This document shows, one piece after another, positions 58,953 to 64,000 of a stretch of DNA of 64,000 nucleotides (its first letter is position 1; the number at the start of each line of letters is the position of its first letter). This DNA is from a virus. The notes under the pieces were generated by a model. That model was given only the letters and a program-made list of their open reading frames with translations. It ran no database searches and was not told where the DNA came from. The translations under genes and the position numbers were made by a program. The stretch lies in IMG/VR virus record IMGVR_UViG_3300025141_016157, positions 64,001 through 128,000 of that record; one strand, given 5' to 3'.

Positions 58953-59514
58953 AATGCCAGAATTTATTATATTTACAGGTCCAATGTTTGGAGCAAAAAC
59001 AAGCAGGCTACTAGCAACAATTGATAGATTTTCATATCAAAATAGAAAAGTAATAGCATTTAAACCTAAAATAGATAGAAGATATTCGCAGACAGATATA
59101 ACAACACATAACGGAATTTCTATTGAAGCACATGCTGTCAATACAGGTGAAGATATAGTATCTCAGGTTCTTGAAAGAGAAGATTGCATAGACGTTGTAG
59201 CTGTTGATGAAGCATTTATGATAGAAGATTGTGCAGATTCCCTGTTAAAGCTATTTAGAATGGGAAAGACAATAGTAGTTTCATCTCTTCAGCTGTCTGC
59301 ATCTGGAAATGTTTTTACAGAGATTAGAGATATGATGCCATGGGCAACCAAGATAGAAGTTTGTCCAGCAGTTTGCACTGTTTCTGGTCATGATGCATAT
59401 TATACACACAAGAAGGTAGATGATCTTGCAGAAATTACTGTTGGTGGATCAGAGCTTTATGAACCTCGTTCATGGAAACATCATTCCTTCATGAATCAAA
59501 CTTTTAAAAATTGA
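58945..59514 (+). CDS. tdk: Thymidine kinase
   Basis: GPMFG.KT, KP..D.RY, VDEA, AVC, VGG.E.YEP. Confidence 0.9.
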   Translation: MNRMPEFIIFTGPMFGAKTSRLLATIDRFSYQNRKVIAFKPKIDRRYSQTDITTHNGISIEAHAVNTGEDIVSQVLEREDCIDVVAVDEAFMIEDCADSLLKLFRMGKTIVVSSLQLSASGNVFTEIRDMMPWATKIEVCPAVCTVSGHDAYYTHKKVDDLAEITVGGSELYEPRSWKHHSFMNQTFKN

Positions 59515-59521
59515 GAAAAAA

Positions 59522-60436
59522 ATGATTGAACCTACTAGTGTAAATTGCGTAATTTATCATGCTGATTGTACCGATGGTTTTGGTGCTGCTTATGCCGCAT
59601 GGAAATGCTTGGGCAATAGAGCTGAATATCATCCATGTAAGCACGGCATGGATACACCAGACATAACGGGAAAAAGCGTTGTTATTTTAGATTTTTCCTT
59701 TGACAACTCAACAACAAAAAAAATGATTTCTGATGCTGAGTCATTGCTTGTAATTGACCATCATAAATCTGCAATGGTTGAGTTGCATGATATTACTAAT
59801 ACTCGTTTTGATATGACTAAGAGCGGAGCAATGCTAGCTTGGGAATTTTTTCATCCCGGGAAAGAACCTCCAAAGTTCATCCAGTATATTCAAGATAGAG
59901 ATCTTTGGAAGTGGGAACTCCCATACTCAAGAGAGTTTGCAGCAGCGTTTGACATGGTACCATTTGAGTTTGAAGAATTTGAGAAGTTTGAAGATGATTC
60001 TGTATTTGATGATGCTAGAAAGAGAGGGTCCTTTATCCTAGCTTATTCTAAGACAGTTGTTAAGAAAGTGTGTGAAAAAGCATCACCTCGAAAAATGATG
60101 GGAAAGGATGTAATGGTGGTAAATGCTTCACACTGGATGTCAGAGATTGGAGCTAGACTAGCTCCTGACTGTGATCTTGCTATGATATGGTACTGGGATC
60201 ATGATGCAAAGCATACAAAAGTTAGCCTAAGAGCGTTTCATGATACCGTAGACGTTTCAGAGATAGCTAAGAAATTTGGCGGAGGCGGGCATAGAAAAGC
60301 AGCGGGATTTCAACTTCCAAAAAATAAGCATGTAGAAGATTTATTTGATAAGCCAAAGCCTGCAAAGAAGAAGAGGGTGACAAGGCCAAAAACTAAAGCA
60401 AAGCAAGATCAGCAAAAAAAAGATGATGAAAAATAA
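59522..60436 (+). CDS. DHH/DHHA1 phosphoesterase
   Basis: YH.DC.DG, LDF, IDHH, DRDLW, SLR, GGGGH..AAGF; basic tail. Confidence 0.9.
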   Translation: MIEPTSVNCVIYHADCTDGFGAAYAAWKCLGNRAEYHPCKHGMDTPDITGKSVVILDFSFDNSTTKKMISDAESLLVIDHHKSAMVELHDITNTRFDMTKSGAMLAWEFFHPGKEPPKFIQYIQDRDLWKWELPYSREFAAAFDMVPFEFEEFEKFEDDSVFDDARKRGSFILAYSKTVVKKVCEKASPRKMMGKDVMVVNASHWMSEIGARLAPDCDLAMIWYWDHDAKHTKVSLRAFHDTVDVSEIAKKFGGGGHRKAAGFQLPKNKHVEDLFDKPKPAKKKRVTRPKTKAKQDQQKKDDEK

Positions 60437-60447
60437 GGTTATAGCCA

Positions 60448-61089
60448 ATGTCAACTATATTTGAAAAAGATGGAAGAAGAATTCTATTTGTTCATATTCC
60501 TAAGTGCTCCGGTACATCTGTTAGAATGATGCTCCAGGAGGAAGGGTGGAAACCTCAACCTCAGCATATAATAAGGCCAACATTCTTTATCACAGGAGAG
60601 TTTGCTGGTCCCGTTACGTCTAATCATCAGCACGCAGAGATGAGAAATGACTGGATTTCAAAATGGGATTATGAGTTTGCACTTGTAAGAAATCCATATG
60701 ATAGATTAGTATCTCGTGGAAAACAGTCAGCAAGAAGGCTAAAGCTTACTTATATCAAAGAAGTTAATTTTTTTGCTTGGGCAGATGATGTTCTAGGAAG
60801 AGTTATGAGAAAAGAGGGTCCCGGCGCAGAAGATAATCACTACAGACCACAAGTAGAATTTATTTCAGATAAAACTCAATGGTTTAGAATGGAAGACCAG
60901 AAAGAGCTTTTTTTAGAAACCCTTAGAAAGGAGAATATAATATCAAACACTGCAAAGCTTGGCGTTTTTAACAAATCTCTTTCTGAGAATAATGAGTATA
61001 GCTTTAATTGGGGTATGTTTCCCGATATCCACAAAAGATTTTTAGATAAATACAAAAAAGATTTTGACGTATTTGGATATAAAATATGA
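60448..61089 (+). CDS. Sulfotransferase family protein
   Basis: FVHIPKCSGTS, VRNPYDR.VS, H..PQ, Y..DF..FGY. Confidence 0.85.
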   Translation: MSTIFEKDGRRILFVHIPKCSGTSVRMMLQEEGWKPQPQHIIRPTFFITGEFAGPVTSNHQHAEMRNDWISKWDYEFALVRNPYDRLVSRGKQSARRLKLTYIKEVNFFAWADDVLGRVMRKEGPGAEDNHYRPQVEFISDKTQWFRMEDQKELFLETLRKENIISNTAKLGVFNKSLSENNEYSFNWGMFPDIHKRFLDKYKKDFDVFGYKI

Positions 61090-61499
61090 AAAGGCCGACG
61101 TGGAATAAAATATGGCTAGAGTTTGCAAACTCTATATCAAAAAGATCATATGATCCAAGGTACAGAGTTGGAGCAGTAATAGTAACAGAAGATAACACAC
61201 AGGTTTTATCAGTAGGGTATAATGGTAACTATGCAGGAGGGCCAAATCAAGTTGAATCTACAGTTCCAGGAGAGTCTGGAATGATACATGCTGAAATTAA
61301 TGCTTTGCTTAAAATGGATTATAATAATCCAAAGTCTAAAAAGTTATACCTTACTTTATCACCGTGCAGAATGTGTGCAAAGGCAATAATAAATGCAGGA
61401 ATATCAGAAGTTTTTTATTCCGAGATCTATAGAGATGATTCATCTCTTAAAATTCTAGATGAGTCGGGAATAAAACATAAGCTAATTCAATTAGAGTAA
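61086..61499 (+). CDS. dCMP deaminase
   Basis: VGAVI, GYNG, HAE.NA, SPC..C. Confidence 0.92.
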   Translation: MKRPTWNKIWLEFANSISKRSYDPRYRVGAVIVTEDNTQVLSVGYNGNYAGGPNQVESTVPGESGMIHAEINALLKMDYNNPKSKKLYLTLSPCRMCAKAIINAGISEVFYSEIYRDDSSLKILDESGIKHKLIQLE

Positions 61500-61516
61500 A
61501 TAATTATTAATGTATC

Positions 61517-61795
61517 ATGAAAGAATTGAACTCTAAATCCATCAACAAATTAGTCTCTTATATAAGAGAGAACCTATCAGTATCTGCAGGCACAGGTGAT
61601 AACAAAAGAATTCTTATCAAGCCCGGGTTGAAAATAACGCATGTGGGCAATAAAGAAAATCAGGGTTCTGGGCTCAATTATACAGTTGATGCAGTTTTAG
61701 ATTCAGAAGATGGATTACTTATAAGATGTGTAAGACCCCCAGACGTCTTTATCACACTCACAGGCACTGACCTAAAACAGTTTGAGAGAACATAA
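61517..61795 (+). CDS. Hypothetical protein
   Basis: 92 aa; ATAATTA upstream; TAATG coupling to the next gene. Confidence 0.7.
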   Translation: MKELNSKSINKLVSYIRENLSVSAGTGDNKRILIKPGLKITHVGNKENQGSGLNYTVDAVLDSEDGLLIRCVRPPDVFITLTGTDLKQFERT

Positions 61796-62484
61796 TGACA
61801 ATAACAAAAAAAGATTTATTATCTAAAATTAGAGATGATCTAAATTTATCAGATACCCTAGAAGAATCTATAATTGCCCAGCCAAAGAAGTTTAGATTAA
61901 AAACTGATTTATTGAGCGAGGCAAACAAGGTAAATCATGTTGAGCTATATGATCAGTACGTAAAAGACTTTAATAAGATAAGCATTGAGTTAGACTCAGC
62001 TAATAGAAAAGACTCTAGCTCTAACGGATCACTCTATAGATCTTTAAAAATAGATGAGACATACAATCTAAACTCAGTATATCTTCATGAGCTTTACTTT
62101 AATAATATTAGCGATCTTCATAGTAATATTCCAATGGACTCTTTGGTGTATATGAGGCTGTCTAGAGATTTTGGAACATTCGATGCCTGGCAGCAAGATT
62201 TTATAGCCAGCTGCATGGCCTCAAGATGCGGATGGGCTATCACATATTATAATATGTTCACACAGACTTATATGAATTGTCCTATTGATCTACACTCGAT
62301 TAATGTGCCTGTTGGTGCATACCCAGTAATTGTTATGGATGTTTGGCAGCATGCATATTATCGTGATTATCTAAAGGATAAGAAATCTTATGTTTTTGGA
62401 ATGATGAAACAGCTCAATTGGAGCGTGATTGAAAAGAGGGTTGAAAAAGCAGAAGAGATATCAAGAGTGGTAAAAGGTGGATAG
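61795..62484 (+). CDS. Fe/Mn superoxide dismutase-like protein with N-terminal extension
   Basis: H..LY..YV, N...LHELYF.N, FG.F..W...F, GW, P..V.DVWQHAYY.DY, NW. Confidence 0.85.
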   Translation: MTITKKDLLSKIRDDLNLSDTLEESIIAQPKKFRLKTDLLSEANKVNHVELYDQYVKDFNKISIELDSANRKDSSSNGSLYRSLKIDETYNLNSVYLHELYFNNISDLHSNIPMDSLVYMRLSRDFGTFDAWQQDFIASCMASRCGWAITYYNMFTQTYMNCPIDLHSINVPVGAYPVIVMDVWQHAYYRDYLKDKKSYVFGMMKQLNWSVIEKRVEKAEEISRVVKGG

Positions 62485-62488
62485 GTAA

Positions 62489-63121
62489 ATGTCAAGTTTA
62501 AAAGATATTAGTCTTTTCTTAGAAGAGACAGCAAAAGAATTATATGCAGAGCCTTTAAGCTCTACTGATGCTGTAAGGCAGACAGGTGACTCCGTTGATG
62601 ATCAAATAGATTCATTTCTTATAGCATTTGAAAGAGACTCGGTAATTTCAAAAGATGAACAGGTAATGGAGTCTTTAAAAGATATGAGCCTAAGGGTTTT
62701 ATTTGAACAGCCAAGCGCTGCAGAAGAAGCTGAGGATGCTGAGGGTGAAGATGTTGCTGTAGATCCAGAAGAAGAAGAGGCAAAAGATCCTGAAACTGAA
62801 GACCCTGTGGGAAGCGAGAGGATAAAAGTAGATGAACCAGTAGATACTCCCATGCTTCCCCTTGATATTGATTCATTTGCAAAGAGGGTTGCAAGGCTTG
62901 CTGAAAATGGACCTACACTTCTTGATCTTGAGACTGTTATAGTAAATCGAGCATTAAACTACCTAAGAGAAAATTATAACGAGCAACATGCTAAATCTCT
63001 TCTTGAGGTTCTTGATGATCAATTTGATTTCAATATTGACGATGCCGGTGCGCCTCTAGAGACACCGTTTGCTGTAGGAGCATATGCCGGCGGAACAGGC
63101 GGCCTCGGTGGAGGCGGGTGA
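62489..63121 (+). CDS. Acidic hypothetical protein (prohead-core-like)
   Basis: 210 aa; DS.D.QID; repeated xxE sites; Gly-rich C-terminus. Confidence 0.7.
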   Translation: MSSLKDISLFLEETAKELYAEPLSSTDAVRQTGDSVDDQIDSFLIAFERDSVISKDEQVMESLKDMSLRVLFEQPSAAEEAEDAEGEDVAVDPEEEEAKDPETEDPVGSERIKVDEPVDTPMLPLDIDSFAKRVARLAENGPTLLDLETVIVNRALNYLRENYNEQHAKSLLEVLDDQFDFNIDDAGAPLETPFAVGAYAGGTGGLGGGG

Positions 63122-63124
63122 TAT

Positions 63125-63415
63125 TTGACCAAGTCTATATTAAAAGAGTTAGAAAGAAGAAAATCACTACATTTTAATATTCCATCCTCAGCTCACTCTT
63201 CATTGAGAATAAACTGTTTTAAGCTTGGGATAACAATGCAAGATTTTTTTGAAGAGATTTCAAATCTTGTTGAGTCAGAATCACCTATTGTACTTTCAAT
63301 TATGGAAACTGTCGCAGAGAATAAGAAAAACAAACAAATTAAAAAGCTTGCCGAAACAGATGTAGAATCGTTGTATAATATGATAGAGAAAGAAATCGGT
63401 GAAGGTAAAAGTTGA
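63125..63415 (+). CDS. Hypothetical protein, possible ribbon-helix-helix
   Basis: KSLHFNI....H..LR..C...GITMQDF. Confidence 0.55.
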   Translation: MTKSILKELERRKSLHFNIPSSAHSSLRINCFKLGITMQDFFEEISNLVESESPIVLSIMETVAENKKNKQIKKLAETDVESLYNMIEKEIGEGKS

Positions 63416-63684
63416 CAAGTAGAGTAGCTAAATTTTTTAAAAATATAAGAAATAGATTTCATTTATTCTTTGTTGGAAAAGTCTTTGAAAAAAGGTGCAA
63501 AGATCTAGAAGCACAAGTAGAGTTTATGTCTTCAATAATCACACAACAGTCTCAGCTGATAGCATCCCTTGCTGTTGTTCAAAGTGATCTGGCAAAGTCC
63601 ATAAGGGAGAATGGACTATTGGACTCTAGCGGAGAATATCTTACACTTAGGATACCCATCTCAGATGACGGTCCTGCTAATTAA
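63412..63684 (+). CDS. Hypothetical coiled-coil protein
   Basis: 90 aa; TTGA overlap. Confidence 0.55.
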   Translation: MTSRVAKFFKNIRNRFHLFFVGKVFEKRCKDLEAQVEFMSSIITQQSQLIASLAVVQSDLAKSIRENGLLDSSGEYLTLRIPISDDGPAN

Positions 63685-63733
63685 GACTAATTAATCTCTA
63701 TATCGTAATATTTATTATAAAGAGGAATTAATT

Positions 63734-63973
63734 ATGGGTGACAATGAAATAGACATTCAGGAAGTAAATGCGCATAAAGCTGGAGAAAAGATTGGCCTTG
63801 TTGATAGGATTGTAGGTAGAATAATATCAAGAAAGTTTTTTGTATTTTTAACTGCAACTGGCCTTATGGCATTCTACGGTCTAGACAGTGAGACATGGGG
63901 CATGATAGCAATGATTTATATCGGCGGTCAGTCAGTTATAGATGCAGCAATTGCATGGAGACACGGTGCTTGA
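63734..63973 (+). CDS. Small two-TM membrane protein (holin-like)
   Basis: SRKF followed by two hydrophobic helices, YIGGQ..ID; GAGG RBS. Confidence 0.6.
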   Translation: MGDNEIDIQEVNAHKAGEKIGLVDRIVGRIISRKFFVFLTATGLMAFYGLDSETWGMIAMIYIGGQSVIDAAIAWRHGA

Positions 63974-64000
63974 ATCAATTACGATTTTGATTATTAAGGA

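Noticed and set aside
212-63462. Numerous short antisense or alternate-frame ORFs in the track (e.g. 16578-17042, 22120-22659, 28467-28748, 33585-34049, 44030-44407)
   Set aside because: They lie within well-supported genes, lack RBS or motifs, and look like codon-bias shadows. 28467-28748 mirrors the plus-strand frameshift extension.
1-64000. Stop-codon reassignment (alternative genetic code)
   Set aside because: Conserved genes are full length in code 11 and end at TAA, TAG and TGA.
1-64000. CRISPR array, tRNA, rRNA, integrase or transposase
   Set aside because: No regularly spaced repeats, cloverleaf or recombinase motifs were recognised by eye, and intergenic gaps are short. A tRNA or covariance-model scan was not run.

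Overview
A 64 kb, AT-rich, almost entirely plus-strand segment of a large T4-like (gp23-type capsid, contractile tail) bacteriophage using the standard genetic code. 1-25 kb is the virion module: the end of a probable scaffold gene, a major capsid protein with a large insertion, neck/terminator proteins, two paralogous tail sheaths, tail tube, a chaperone pair, tape measure and baseplate. 25-36 kb is replication (minimal family-A polymerase, HD protein, gp32-like SSB, RecA, 5'-3' exonuclease, DnaB-like helicase, class II RNR). 36-64 kb is accessory/nucleotide metabolism (ClpP, amidase, cysteine synthase, two sulfotransferases, all-alpha dNTPases, divergent ThyX, deoxyribosyltransferase, DnaE, kinase/ThyA-fold fusion, epimerase, TK, dCMP deaminase, SOD). 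Main findings: (1) unrelated scattered proteins (zincins, a SleB-like hydrolase, SOD, toxin-like proteins) share an N-terminal MKIT-x3-[IL]RxIIxEE tag, and one ends in the same RWxxLAGIK motif as the scaffold. This suggests a modular capsid-targeting system, mostly behind a recurring ATANTTA putative late promoter. (2) An unannotated -1 frameshift candidate (A_AAA_AAG-stop) lies at 28471-28480, and a second frameshift candidate lies in the tail chaperone. (3) A kinase-fused ThyA-fold protein with the dCMP-specifying Asp, together with dNTPases and sugar enzymes, suggests a cytosine-modification pathway. All calls come from motif reading; no database search was run.
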